NCBI RefSeq assembly: GCF_001194135.2
Contig: NC_068992.1
Coordinates: 46,931,038 to 46,990,933, forward strand
Direction of reading: 5' to 3'
Origin: Octopus bimaculoides
Lineage: Eukaryota
Length of the DNA stretch: 59,896 nt
The translations under genes and the position numbers were made by a program. Position 1 is the stretch's first letter, and each line of letters opens with the position of its first letter. Shown in pieces: positions 28,687 through 41,149 of this stretch. A model generated the notes under the pieces. That model did not search any database. It saw nothing but the letters and a program-made list of their open reading frames with translations, and was not told the origin of the DNA.

Positions 28687-28960
28687 GAAGATGGTGGCGA
28701 CGATGATCACTATAAAGGCGTTGCTGTTGGTGTTGGTGCTGGCGTTGGTGCTGTTGGACGATAATGTTGTTGATGACAGCGATTAAGGTCATGTTTATCA
28801 CGACGGTGACAACAGGGATGCCTACGATGATGGCAACGCCATTGAAATACACCGGTAAAGTTAGAAGTAAAGCTGAAGTTGACGATGTTGCTGCTACCGC
28901 CACGTCTTAATTAACTGCTATTTTATTAGCATCAGAGAAATTCAGATCTAACTTCATTGC

Positions 28961-28992
<32 letters not shown>

Positions 28993-29058
28993 ATAGTAGT
29001 AGTGGTGGCGGTGATGGTAGTAGTAGTAGTTGTAGTAGTAGTAGTGGTGGTGATGATG

Positions 29059-29100
<42 letters not shown>

Positions 29101-29440
29101 ATAGCCACTGTGGTTGTGGTGGTGGTCAGGATGGTGGTGGTCGTGCTGTTGTTGGCATTAGTAGATATTAAAGTGGCTTTGGTGTTGGTGTAGTTGGTGG
29201 TGATTGGTGGCGAGGGTGATGTTGCTGTTGTTGGGGCTACTGTTTATTGCAGTTTTGTTGCTGTTGGTGATGGTGATGATGATGATGATGATGACGATGA
29301 TGATGTTCGAGTTGTTGGTGGCGGCAGTAGTGATGAAGATATTGTAGTTGATGTTGGCGGCGGCGGTGGTGGTGGTGGTGGTGGTGGTAGTGGTGTCGGT
29401 GGTAGTGTTGGTGATGTGGATTTTCTTAAAGATTAACATT
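28610..29440. repeat. long cryptic trinucleotide low-complexity region ((GAC),(GAT),(GTA),(GTG),(GGT),(GTT))
   Basis: About 830 bp with maintained 3-nt periodicity; yields poly-D, poly-V and poly-G pseudo-ORFs. Confidence 0.9.
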
Positions 29441-30135
29441 GTATTTGATGGTTGTAGTCTTCATTGCATTGCTCGTGGTGTATGTTGGAGTTAGCAATAT
29501 GTGCGTGTGTGTGTGTGCGCGTGCGTGCGTGTGTGTATGTATGTGTGCGTGTTTAGGTGGTAGGTTTTTTGTTCGTATCCGTTGTGAATAATGTCGGTGT
29601 ATATTGTGTGTAGGTGTTCTTTGATAGCATTGTTTTGCACGTGGCTACTGGTAGTGTTGTATGTTTGTAGTAGTATAGCTATTACTTCCCGTCGTGATGC
29701 TGGGGATAGTATTGGTTGATGCATTGGCATTACTATTGGTTTAATACACTACTGCTAGTGTGCGTTTGCATCCATTCGTAGTAGTGTAAGTGTTAGTTCT
29801 AATCGAGGATTTATTGTTTGTATCCGTTGCACGTGTTGGTAGAAGTATGGTTTTATGAATTACCCGTAGTTGTTGTTCGTAATCGTAGTAGCACGGGTAG
29901 CATCTCCGGTAGCAGGGTTGGTGATGACATTGGTTGAATATGCTGATGGTAGCAATTGTCATAGTGTGGGAAAAAATGCTAATTAAAAGTTTTGCAGGTG
30001 ACATTAATGGAAAATTTTACAAAGAAAGATAGATATATTGAATATCAACACGGAAAGCAGGAGACGACATTCTCAGCGACAAACGTTTACCTTTATTTCC
30101 TGTTATTTGAAGAATGAAGAAATAATTCAAATATT

Positions 30136-30210
30136 TATGTATGTATGTATGTATGTATGTATGTATGTATGTATGTATGTATGTATGTATGTATATATAT
30201 ATATATATAT
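30136..30210. repeat. (TATG)n + (TA)n microsatellite
   Basis: Directly visible. Confidence 0.95.
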
Positions 30211-30503
30211 NNNNNNNNNNNNNNNNNNNNNNNNNNNNNNNNNNNNNNNNNNNNNNNNNNNNNNNNNNNNNNNNNNNNNNNNNNNNNNNNNNNNNNNNNN
30301 NNNNNNNNNNNNNNNNNNNNNNNNNNNNNNNNNNNNNNNNNNNNNNNNNNNNNNNNNNNNNNNNNNNNNNNNNNNNNNNNNNNNNNNNNNNNNNNNNNNN
30401 NNNNNNNNNNNNNNNNNNNNNNNNNNNNNNNTATATAGATAGATAGATAGATAGATATATACATATAGATATATACATATATATATGCATACATACATAC
30501 GCA

Positions 30504-30546
<43 letters not shown>

Positions 30547-31183
30547 TCATCAGAAATAATGAATTTCTAAAAGATGAAAGCCTAAATGGATAATCCAAAA
30601 TTCTGAATAGCTCCTTTTTTCTTTATATATAAAAGCTGTACACCACTTCAGTGTCTGTCTTTCCCACTCTCTCACTCTCTCTTTCTGTATACACACAAAC
30701 ATACTCACACACATATATATACATACACATATGTATTTATATACATATACATAGATACATAGATGCGTAAATACACACACACACACACATATACACGAGA
30801 TCATGTATTGTGTTATATAAAACACTAATCGATAGATATTCAATAAAACTCTTCAGGAGGCAGTGGGGAATTAAAAGATCAGTAAATACTAAAATACATT
30901 CATAACTAAATATAGAAAGAAGGGATTGCAACGATACATTTAATTTAATTGTTTGGACTCGTAGATCGTAAATTTAACCACAAATAGTTTAATTTGAAAA
31001 TGATCTAAGAGAATTAGTTGAAGATCACCACACCCTTAGTAAGCTGCATAATATAGTAAATATTTACCATTCTGATGGAGCTAAAGTCGGAGCATACACA
31101 CTGTCCATTCAAAGAACGAATACGATAAACGAAAAAAAGTAACTGGAATCCCATGTTTCATGATCCACCGATGGAGATATGGG

Positions 31184-32160
31184 CTATACCTTCTTCTGAG
31201 GAGGTACAGTAGCAGTAATACTTGGAGGTCTTAAGATTCTTAAGAGATATAGTTCTGCAATAAAACATATTGAACATTTTCTGGTCCCGTTTCTATAGGG
31301 TCTCCTTTTCGAAAGGATATTCAATTTGACGTCGTAGTTTGTTCTGTCGTTTTTAAATTTCCTGATTAAAGCTGAAATGTTCGTTGAATGTCTCTTATCA
31401 CTGTGTCTAAAAGTCGACATATGGTTGTTTTACATGGATTTAAATGTTTCTTCAATGGACCTAATATAGCCGTTGTCTTAGTTCGCTGATATCTCTGCTT
31501 CATAAACAATAGAAGATGTGTCACATTTCTGCCTTACAGGACATTTAGATTTGTCTATACACGTGCATCTATAACAAGGTTGACTCATCATTTGCTTATT
31601 GATATTATGTCTTCACATTAGCGGCCGTATGAGCAAGAAATGGAAATTTTAGCTCTGTTGCTTTTAATGATTTTACTGTATCTATGGTTTCTAGGAATGT
31701 GAATATATACTGAGTGTCAGAAAGTTCTACTACATTTGTCCAAACATTAAGAGAAAGGGGCATGGTTTCCGAGACCTATTCATACGATGCGATGATAGAA
31801 GAAGGTTGGTTTTGTAAAGGATTTTATCAGTAAACTTCTATCCTGTAGACATTTATAATATGGGTCCGCCTTTTCGAATATTTCTTCAGAAGAATGAAGG
31901 TAGTTATCCTTCGGTTAATGTTTGGAATTAAGTTTCTAAATACTATAGATGGGTGACAGGAATATTTATTAACAGATTTCTTGTAAGTACCAAGGAAGGG
32001 CTTACAGGAATTAGTTTTGAGGTATAAGGGAACATCTAAAATTTGAGACCTAGTTATATTAGTGTCAATATCGATCTTAAGCCCTAAACTTTTGTTGGAT
32101 GTTTGTTGAAGGTAGAGTTTAATTGCTTTCTAAAGGAATCTATCTCCTGGCTATCACAAG
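31184..32160 (-). mobile_element. Penelope-like retroelement relic: RT C-terminus, thumb, CxCx5C linker, GIY-YIG endonuclease
   Basis: Manual minus-strand translation across stops and frameshifts: LGLKIDIDTNITRSQILDVPLYL...YSCHPSIVFRNLIPNINRRI / HSSEEIFEKADPYY / PLSLNVWTNV...HIPRNHRYSKIIKSN / CTCIDKSKCPVRQKCDTSSIVYEAE...GYIRSIEETFKSM*NNHMSTFRHSDKRHSTNIS...ILSKRRPYRNGTRKCSIC. Domain order is RT then EN, as in C-terminal EN+ PLEs. Confidence 0.88.
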
Positions 32161-32585
32161 TGTGTGATCGCAAAAAGCATCATTTGAAATTTCGTAATGA
32201 TTCAAATTTCGTAATGATTCTAACGAAAGTTTTTGAACCTTTGTTCGAGGATTTTGTTCAATCAAATCATTTAATCCATCATGCTGAATAACTAGGCTTG
32301 GCCTACCCCTTGGTTTATTTTCAAGGCTATCATTTTCTTAACGAGAGCTTTGGAACAATATGTGAGCAGTTCTGATGTCAACAAAACCATTACGAATTTT
32401 GCATATCAATATTGTTGAGAAAGAAAAAGTCAAGATTAAATGCAAGGTATACATAATTGAGTTTTTAAATGACCGAAGAGATAGATAGATAGTTACATAG
32501 ATAGATAGGTAGACAGATAAAGAGGTAGGTAGATTGATAGAGAGATATAGTCGCATGTTTATATATGTATAACTATATATGAACT

Positions 32586-32623
<38 letters not shown>

Positions 32624-32679
32624 TGTTTGTATGTATGTATGTATCTATCTATCTATCTACCTATCTATCTATCTATCTA

Positions 32680-32736
<57 letters not shown>

Positions 32737-34055
32737 NNNNNNNNNNNNNNNATATATACATACATACATACATGCATACGTACGTACATACATACATACA
32801 TACATATATGTCATGTGCTTGTGTATGAATACATATATTTAGAAAGCGTGTACACGAATATATTATAATTATGGTATATGTTAGTGCGTGTGTGTTCTGT
32901 GTTTGCGTGAATGTGTTTATATCTATAACTTTAAAACAAATACAACTCAAATAGCTTAACTACCAATTTAGTTCGAACTGACTCATTCGCCATTGATCGC
33001 TGTTCAAAACGTTGAAGCTTACGACCTTCAATGAAAGTGATCGCCACCATTTTGATTTTCTATTTTCTGTTGCTTACAATATTCCTCTCTATTGTTTAAT
33101 TATTTATTTCTTTGTTTTCTTCTTGTTTACTATTTGTTGTTGATAATATATTTCTTCTATTGGCTTTGAAGAAAATTAAATCAGAGGCGAAATCAAATTT
33201 GCCTACACGCCTTCTCTTTTCTAAACAGAATATGTAGTGTTGCCTTTCATGCAAACACAGAGATATACTCAGCCACAGATACAATCAAATTCATGGACAA
33301 GCACATAGCTGCATACATAAGGACGTACATGTTTCTGATCCATATTGGATTATTGATTTCACTTAGAAACGTTGTTTGACTTTTAACCTCAGATTTTTTC
33401 TTATAATACATACATACATACGTATAATACACACACACACATACACACACATATACACGCACATACACACACGCACACACACATACACGCACACACAAGC
33501 ATACACACACATATATGTATAAATGCATATACATAATTCTTATACAGCAACATATAACTACTGGATCGTTAGTTAACAGATCTTCCTGCAGCAAGCTACG
33601 TCTAGCCTACACCGAAATTTCGAATTTATAAATAACATTGTAGAAAGGAAGGCGTTCTTAAACGGTCTTAGTCTGGCATTATGTGTGTTGTGATATCAAT
33701 AAATTCCTTTCTGTTTGTTGCATTGATTTGACCAAACCGCCTTGTGATCATGTTGTTTCTTATTTCTTGTTTCTATAATACTTTATTTTTGTTTCGTGTT
33801 CCTTGGCATGTGCTCATGTTTTATTTTGTTTCTAAAAATATTTCTTCCGTTGTATTTATATCCACTGTAACTATGTACATCCATGCTGTTTATGAAAATA
33901 TATGTTTATATATAAATATATATATACACCCACATCTTCATTACTAGTTCACACCCACAAAAGAAAGCCTACGCATATTTAGATGAAAGTATGCATGTAT
34001 ACACCCACCACGCATATATGTACATATACACATACATCATACATACAAATATACA

Positions 34056-34172
<117 letters not shown>

Positions 34173-34238
34173 ATGTGCGTGTGCGAGTGCGTGTGTGTGT
34201 GTATTATGCATCCACATTGTAAAGAGTTTCTGAATTTT

Positions 34239-34530
34239 TTCCAATACCCCGAAGGATCACTAGAACTAATTGGCTGTTTCCGTTATCTATCTGATCTAAT
34301 TAGTAGTGGAGGGGAGGATTCCGAAAGTAGAGAAGGAAGCTAATGTAAAACTGCTCGAAGAAAAAGTTCAGTGACCTACCACCTCTACAGGAAACAAAGG
34401 GATTAGATTTGCGAGTTAAGGCCTCAGAGCATAATGGTTTCCTACATAGTTTCAAGTACCAAATCATGGGCAATGACATACGAAGAATATCGAAGAATGG
34501 AAACACTAAGCATTCCTTACTGCATGTGAA
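34239..34530 (+). mobile_element. RTE-clade LINE fragment (end of RT)
   Basis: [25 protein letters not shown]..., then after a frameshift KFSDLPPLQETKGLDLRVK, matching the RTE pattern +E.V..F.YLGD.+S..GG...W.KF++L.P+L..KGL.LRVK. Confidence 0.8.
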
Positions 34531-34734
34531 CTAGAAGTTGATGGATGTTAGGTTAGTAAATAGTAGAGAGGAAAATGCGCACAAAATGAAAAGAATGTTG
34601 TGTTTATGAGAGATGAATGAGCTGCTATGGTCTATAGAAGAAAAAAAAAAGATAAAAATAGGTGTCGAATGAGTCAAAAAAGAAGAAACAAAAATCAAAG
34701 AAACCTGAAGGACTCACAACAAAAAATAGTTCTG

Positions 34735-35190
34735 TACTTGAAAGATGAGGAATTATATACATTATTTAGATTTGACGGATATTTGTCCTCATCATGTTTA
34801 TTGTTAACATAACTTTTCGACTCATGTACTCTCCAGCCTTCATCAGGTGTCCTGGGAAATTTCGAACCTAGGTTCTCGTTCCTAAGGTATTTCTTCGATA
34901 TTATTATTATTATCATTATTCAGGTCACTGCCTGGAATCAAACTCGGAATCTTGGGGTTAGTAGCTCGCGATCTTAACCACTACGCCATATGCCCGTGGG
35001 CAATTATGGAGTGAATTTTAGTGCTTTACAAATCTAATATTTTCATATCCTTCCTTAATACCAGTTCCCATGTGCTACTCATATCTGCACTAGGTCTGCT
35101 TAGTAGGTTATTATGTTCTAGCATATGTGCTCCTCATTTAGTTTTCGTATTATTTTCATTCCAGAATTACCCACGGGCATATGGCGTACA
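34735..35190 (-). mobile_element. tRNA-headed, hammerhead-bearing short element with inverted partial head copy
   Basis: Minus strand from about 35005: AATTGCCCACGGGCATATGGCGTAGTGGTTAAG (A box) ... GAGTTTGATTCC (B box), short AAT-rich tract, body, hammerhead motif, tail. The first 24 nt recur inverted on + at 35165-35188. Confidence 0.75.
34806..34851 (-). ncRNA. minimal type-I hammerhead ribozyme motif (degenerate copy)
   Basis: Minus strand: GACAC-CTGATGA-A-GGCT(GGAGAGTACATG)AGTC-GAAA-AG-TT-ATGTT. Both core boxes are present, stem II has 4 bp, and stem I is ACAC/ATGT with one mismatch. Stem III AAAGTT deviates by one base from palindromic AACGTT. Confidence 0.65.
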
Positions 35191-35716
35191 CAGATGCACA
35201 CAAGAACACATACACGCAAACACATGAAATGAGAGAAAGAAAGAAAGAGAGGGAGACTCATGCAAAGCTTTGCTGGAAATCCTTGTCCCTCACTTTGTAT
35301 GTCGTAGCGAAAACTACAGCAAGGAAGATTCACAGAATGTATATATTGTATATATGTATACACATACACGCACACACGTTCGCACAAACACACACACACA
35401 CACACATACACACACACGCAAACACACACACACACAAAAAAACACACACATGGTCCCACACAATTATGGAAACATATGCACATGCCTATATATATATCTA
35501 TCTATATCTATATATATATATATATATATATATGTACCGAAACGTATTTGCACATGCGTGCACACGCCGTAGCGTCTGTGTGTGGAACAGGTTCAAACAT
35601 TTAGTAGATGCAGTAGATGCTAGTTACGCCTCTTTATATTTTATTCACTCACATAGAAGTAGCATGCTTCATGGCAGCCTTGCGAAACTGTAATTTTACT
35701 ACACGTTAAATGCAAG

Positions 35717-35880
35717 CTTACTGCAATCTTGCTACTACCATACTGCAATTTATTGCATACTTACTGCACGTTTCTTGCAGATAACTGCAGCTTTAATGCA
35801 AATATACTTACATTCTTACTGCACATTTACTACAAACTTACTTAATGCTAACTGCTATCTAACTGCTGCATGCTGCATTT
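35717..35880. repeat. degenerate ~11-bp tandem repeat (consensus ~TTACTGCAnAT)
   Basis: About 15 successive units such as CTTACTGCAAT, CATACTGCAAT, TTACTGCACGT, TTACTGCACAT, TAACTGCTATC. Confidence 0.7.
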
Positions 35881-36577
35881 CAGAGCAGGCAAATATAACA
35901 CTTGTCAAAGTTTCAGATATATCACTGCTTGAGAACGTATCATTGTAAAAGTACTTGCAATAAGACAAACTGCGCCATTTAACAGATATATGTCTTGATA
36001 AATTTGTTCCTGATAAGGCAAAAATGGATGGTTCTTTGGCTAGTTGGAATAGACTGTATTCATAAAACTATGAAAGACCTGTTGAGTCATAGAGATTATA
36101 GCTTGCTTTGTTCGCGAGCGAGATTTGTGGGTTTTTTTATACATGTTTGTTACGAAATTGTTGAACATTTAAAATTGTTCTTTAGTAATACATATGGTAG
36201 TTCCAATATTATGAATTCGGAACCTCAATAGCGTTACTCAATACATCAATTTTTGTGTGATTCTGACGTTCTACTAATAAATTTTGGATCGATTCTTGGT
36301 TATGTATGAATCCTATTTTCAACTTAGCCTTGAAGGGAAAGCGTATGAACGAGGTTTAGTTAAAATGCATTTCATTCACATATCTCCTTAACATAAGATA
36401 TTTTTGTCGTTGAAATTAATAAAAACATTTAACGATGTCTTAGTTAGCTGGTAACGATGAAAATAGACACATCAGGCATCTAAATATCTAGACAGATGAA
36501 ATCTGAATCATAAAAAAATTATTAGCAAGAAACATTCTGAAACCATGCAGGTAACGTAATATTTATTATCATTCATG

Positions 36578-36795
36578 AAGGCGGTGAGCTGGCAGAATCA
36601 TCAGTAAGCCGGGCGAAATGCTTAGCAGTACTTCCTACGTCTTTAAGTTCTGAATTCAAATTCCGCCGACGTTGACTTTTGCCTTTCATCCTTTAGGGGT
36701 CGATAAATTAAGTACCAGTTGCGTAACGGTGTCGATCTAATCGACTAGACCCCTCCCAAAATATGTTGGGCTTTATGTCTAATGTAGAAAAGAAA
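36578..36795 (+). mobile_element. family B SINE, near full length
   Basis: GGCGGTGAGCTGGCAGAATC (A box), GAATTCAAATTCC (B box), GCCTTTCATCCTTTAGGGGTCGATAAATTAAGTACCAG core (Nin/Deu-domain-like), A-rich tail. Confidence 0.9.
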
Positions 36796-36817
36796 AAAAA
36801 AAACATTTTCATTAATC

Positions 36818-37035
36818 GTAGTAGCGAGCTGGCAGGATCGTTAGCACGCCGGGCGAAACGCTTAGCGGTATTTCGTCTGTCTTCACGTTCTGGGTTCAAA
36901 TGCCGCCGGGGTCCACTTTGCTTTTCATCCTTTCAGGATCGATTAAATTAAATACCAATTACGCACTGGGGTCAACGTAATCGAATCATCCTCTTCCCCC
37001 AAATTTCAGGCCTCGTGCCTCTAGTAGAAAGGATA
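36818..37035 (+). mobile_element. family B SINE with 13-bp target-site duplication
   Basis: Same organisation as 36578; flanked by ATTTTCATTAATC at 36805-36817 and 37036-37048. Confidence 0.9.
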
Positions 37036-37619
37036 ATTTTCATTAATCATAACGTAGCGTTCATTATTATAACAAAATTACCAAACCAATTTACTTCGTA
37101 AACAAGAGATTTGATTGCAAATTTTATATTTTGCTTCAGTGATTGATTTTTCATCGTATCTTTTAGGACAGTTATACTCTCGTATCATTATTACTCGTAT
37201 GTTGATTAAAGAGTTAAAGAGTTGTATGAAAAGAAAAAGAAAAGAGAAAGATTTGTTAAAATCTGATGTCGCAAAAATACCAACGCCAAAGAACATTGTA
37301 ATACCGAAATGTAGTAAATCCTATTCGCCCATTGTTTCTTTGTGGTTCACTTGATTTTATTGGACAATTAATTATTTCAACAATAAGAGAGGTTGTTATT
37401 GGTTTGGTGATCTGCAATTTCATTTTTAATAAAAGCATATTAATCTACCATACTCTATTTCAATTTTCTTTTTTCTTTTTGCTGTAGAAATGTTAGAAAT
37501 TTCTTTAAACGTAAAAGAAAATGTAACTATGACTTGTGCGTAAAAAGCCACAGAAAGAACTATTACGATATAATGAATGCATAAATGTTGCGGCTATACA
37601 CAATATATATCCATAAAAG

Positions 37620-37800
37620 AAACAATGAAGTTGTCACTAATTGTGACTGAGGTGTATAGGGTAGCACCTACATTGCTAAAAATAAGAGTTAAAAACCATT
37701 TGAGCCTCAAGGAAGCATATTTTCATACACTGACAAGGGAGATAATCACCCCACAGTAAGCCAGGTTACTATATTATACTATATTGTACTATACTATACT

Positions 37801-37847
<47 letters not shown>

Positions 37848-38110
37848 CATATATATGTGTGTGTATGTTTGTTTGTACGTATGTATGTATGTATGGGTAT
37901 ACACTTACATATGGTGCTTGTGTGGGCCTGTGCGTACATATGAAGATCTAAGTAGCTGTAAATGTCAAAGTATAATCGTCACTATATTGACTGAGGGTGC
38001 TAGTCAGCACCAGGACTGCTAGAAGTAAGAGTTAAAACAACTCTTAGCTAGGTGACAACACGTTCCTAACGACTGACAAGGCAAACAAGTTCCCTCCGAA
38101 TGACTTTAGT
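37620..38110 (+). repeat. two diverged related segments (family D-like) separated by a microsatellite
   Basis: GTCACTA...GACTGAGG...GCACC...TGCTA.AA.TAAGAGTTAAAA.A...ACTGACAAGG occurs at about 37633-37740 and 37978-38082. Confidence 0.6.
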
Positions 38111-38504
38111 GACGACTGTTATCTTTCAGTTGTAAATTGCAGATAGCCATCTTAATAATTTATATANNNNNNNNNNCATATGAATATACAGTTTGATGTT
38201 TCGCTACGAATATTTAAAAGCTTATACAATCGCCATCACTGAAATTACTGACATTTTATTCCACTGATTGCCTGTCTGTTAACCAGGTTAAGACAACCAA
38301 TATTACTCCGATGGTGTGAATGCGTCTCTAAGTTAGATACATTAAGTCAAGCAATTTTGGCTTCTAAGAGATAGTGTAACATAGATTACCTGGCGAAACA
38401 TAAGCAGATGTAAATAAGTGCATTTGTATTCGGTAAATCATTTAGTCTTCACAACTTATTACTCTTGTAAATTCCATCGATATCTATAGATATCTTATAC
38501 CTTT

Positions 38505-38927
38505 CACCTTTTATCTTTTACTTGTTTCAGTCGTTGGACTGCTGCCATGTTGGGGCACCGGCTCCGCAGTATTAGTCGAAAAAAATCGACGCATTCATGT
38601 AATTTCTGAGTCTTGTTCTTATTGAAGACTTTCCATATGCCGAAGAGGTGTATTAGAGGGAGGTAAACGAACCATCAACGTTTGTTAAGTGGTGGTAGGG
38701 AACAAACGCTTACAAGAAAATACACGCATAAATACACACACACACGAACACACGGCGTATACACATACCCCCAACCCACCCACAAACGTATATAATCGAC
38801 CAGTTTCTTTCTGCTTCTGTGTCCGAAATCCACTGACAAGGATTTGGTCAGGTTCAGTGGGACTGAATCCGTAACCGTATGGTTCGGAAACAAAGCAAGC
38901 TTCTCCCGCATAACTACACTTGCACGC
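38505..38927 (-). mobile_element. family A SINE, decayed, internal deletion
   Basis: CTTTTACTTGTTTCAGTC...GCCATGTTGGGGCACC (3' end) through AAATCCACTGACAAGG and CAGTGGGACTGAATCCG (head). Confidence 0.85.
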
Positions 38928-39010
38928 TACTCTCTCCCCCTCTCTCTTTCTCTCTTTGTCTCTCTCTCTCTTTTTCTCTCACTTTCTCCCCCTCTCTCCC
39001 TTTCTCTCTC

Positions 39011-39066
<56 letters not shown>

Positions 39067-40162
39067 GTGTGTGGGTGCGTGTGTGTGGGTGCGTGTGTAT
39101 CTGTACGTATGTATACATGCATCTATATGGAAATGTTTGCATTTGCATATCACTGACATATTTCAACTGCTTAAAGAAAGTTTCACTACAGTTACCGTGG
39201 AGAAAAAAAATCATGAACAAGAACTTCAATCTCCATTCTCCCGAACTCCGTCGACTCTTTAGTAATACATTAAGCTATTCCTGGAACGTAGAAGACATAG
39301 ATATCGAAATCATTTAGTCCAAAATATCTGCATGTATGTCTTATAGTATTATTGATACAATGAATATATGTTTGTATATATCATTCAATATCAGCTGCAG
39401 GATGAAAAATTAATCCACAATACATAAATGTTCAATGTACTGAGAGTACTTAGAACATTTATGTAATTGTATCAGATCTTTGTATTTTGAGCCCTGTCGA
39501 GATCAACTTTGCGTTTAAATATAAAACACTACTCAAGTAACGAGATCTAGTTAGTTGGTTGTTGATACATATCTGTTTGAAGTGACAGTCAGGTGAAAGC
39601 AGAATGCCGTGTCTCATTATCATCTATCCGTAACCTTCTGCATTAGTGCCAACACACAATATACTTGTAGATTAATCTTTGTCGAAACATGTCATATCGC
39701 ATTAAGTAATGTAGTGATTGCTAAACCAAGGCAGAAAAAAAAATAACTGAAGATGGCCTTTGTTAGAATCACTTCATTAAAAGTTTTAGTCCACCAGAGA
39801 TAAACACTGAAGTCAGATTTTCTTCAAAACATGTAAGCTTAAATACATTGTAAATGTGATGGTCACGGCTTGAGGATATTTGAGTAAAGATCAACCCAAA
39901 CAGTTGCTGCCTGATTAGTAAGAATAATAGTATAGATATACATGACTGTGTGGATGTGGATGTGAGTATGCGTGTGTATTGTATTATTGCTTCGGTATAA
40001 ACACATCACGTCTACTTGTAATAACCTCAGTCGGACACAGAGGAAGATTACTATCCACATATAGATATAGACATCCAGTCGATCTATACTACTGTTGTAT
40101 GGATTATATTCTACGGCAAGGCATGGATACTGAACTATAAATAACCACATAGCCACACCCAA

Positions 40163-40230
<68 letters not shown>

Positions 40231-41149
40231 CTGTGAGTTTATGTGTTCATGCGTTTTGTAACAATTGATATGTGTGTGTGCGTGTGTATGTGTGTGTGTG
40301 TGTATGAAAGCCAGCAGAGATGAGTTGAATCCGCTACGAAATAGTTTAAACACATTACATTGTTATATGTTGATCGACGGAACTTTGTAGACGACAATGA
40401 TTAGAAATAGAGAAGATTTATGACTGGAGATAGAGGCTATTTCTGTGTCAGGAAAACAACATTGTGATATTGAATAGATAAACTTATTGGTTAGTTACAT
40501 TTGGACAGTAAATAGCATCAATGGAAGCTGTCTGGGCCGGAGATATCGATAATTGAGCGATTGTTTTCATGTTCTGATCAACGTATCATTGCATTCTCTT
40601 CGAAACAACTTCAAGTATTATATATGTGTATGTATGTATTTTGGAAAACAATAGAAAAGTGCACTCTATCTAATACTTGGGTGTAAATATATATATTACA
40701 GTGGTGAAATTACTCTGTTACTACACAGAACTTCGCTGGAGCTGTTGTTCAAGTGCCTCCGTTATAATAGGGAGGATATGTGTCATTATGCACAAAATGC
40801 TTAAGAATAACGTAATTGGGGTAAAAGTACAATAATTTATGCCTATGATTTAAATCACAAGTAAATAATTTAATGGAAGATAGTGGAAGCACGACCTCTT
40901 TGTGCCCCGGTATCTAAGATCGTAGCCATATCTTTATGACGTGGGTGAATTAATATGGAAAAGATACACAAATCTACACATTCATGTAAATATGAATTAA
41001 GAATATGCTACGCGTCTCTTAGAATTATTTGCATTAACTTAACCGATTTCAAAATATTAATGCGAGAAAATATTAGCAATATTACGAGCTGCGAGATCTG
41101 TAAACAATAGAACTGTCAAGCAGTCCGTGAATACGAGAATTAATCAGAT

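Noticed and set aside
31140-31200. Hammerhead expected at the PLE 3' end (CAGAAGA...GAAACATGG on minus)
   Set aside because: The core box is mutated and no stem II pairing could be built.
31850-31890. CTGAAGA-AATATTC-GAAA hammerhead-like string (minus strand)
   Set aside because: It lies inside the PLE coding frame (SEEIFEK) and has no stem I or III, so it is a coding coincidence.
34925-34998. tRNA gene on the minus strand
   Set aside because: A and B boxes are present, but acceptor and anticodon stems do not pair convincingly and it continues into a repeat body. It is a tRNA-derived head.
39655-39700. GTCGAAACATGTC, resembling a PLE hammerhead stem III
   Set aside because: No recognisable CUGANGA box or stem II upstream.
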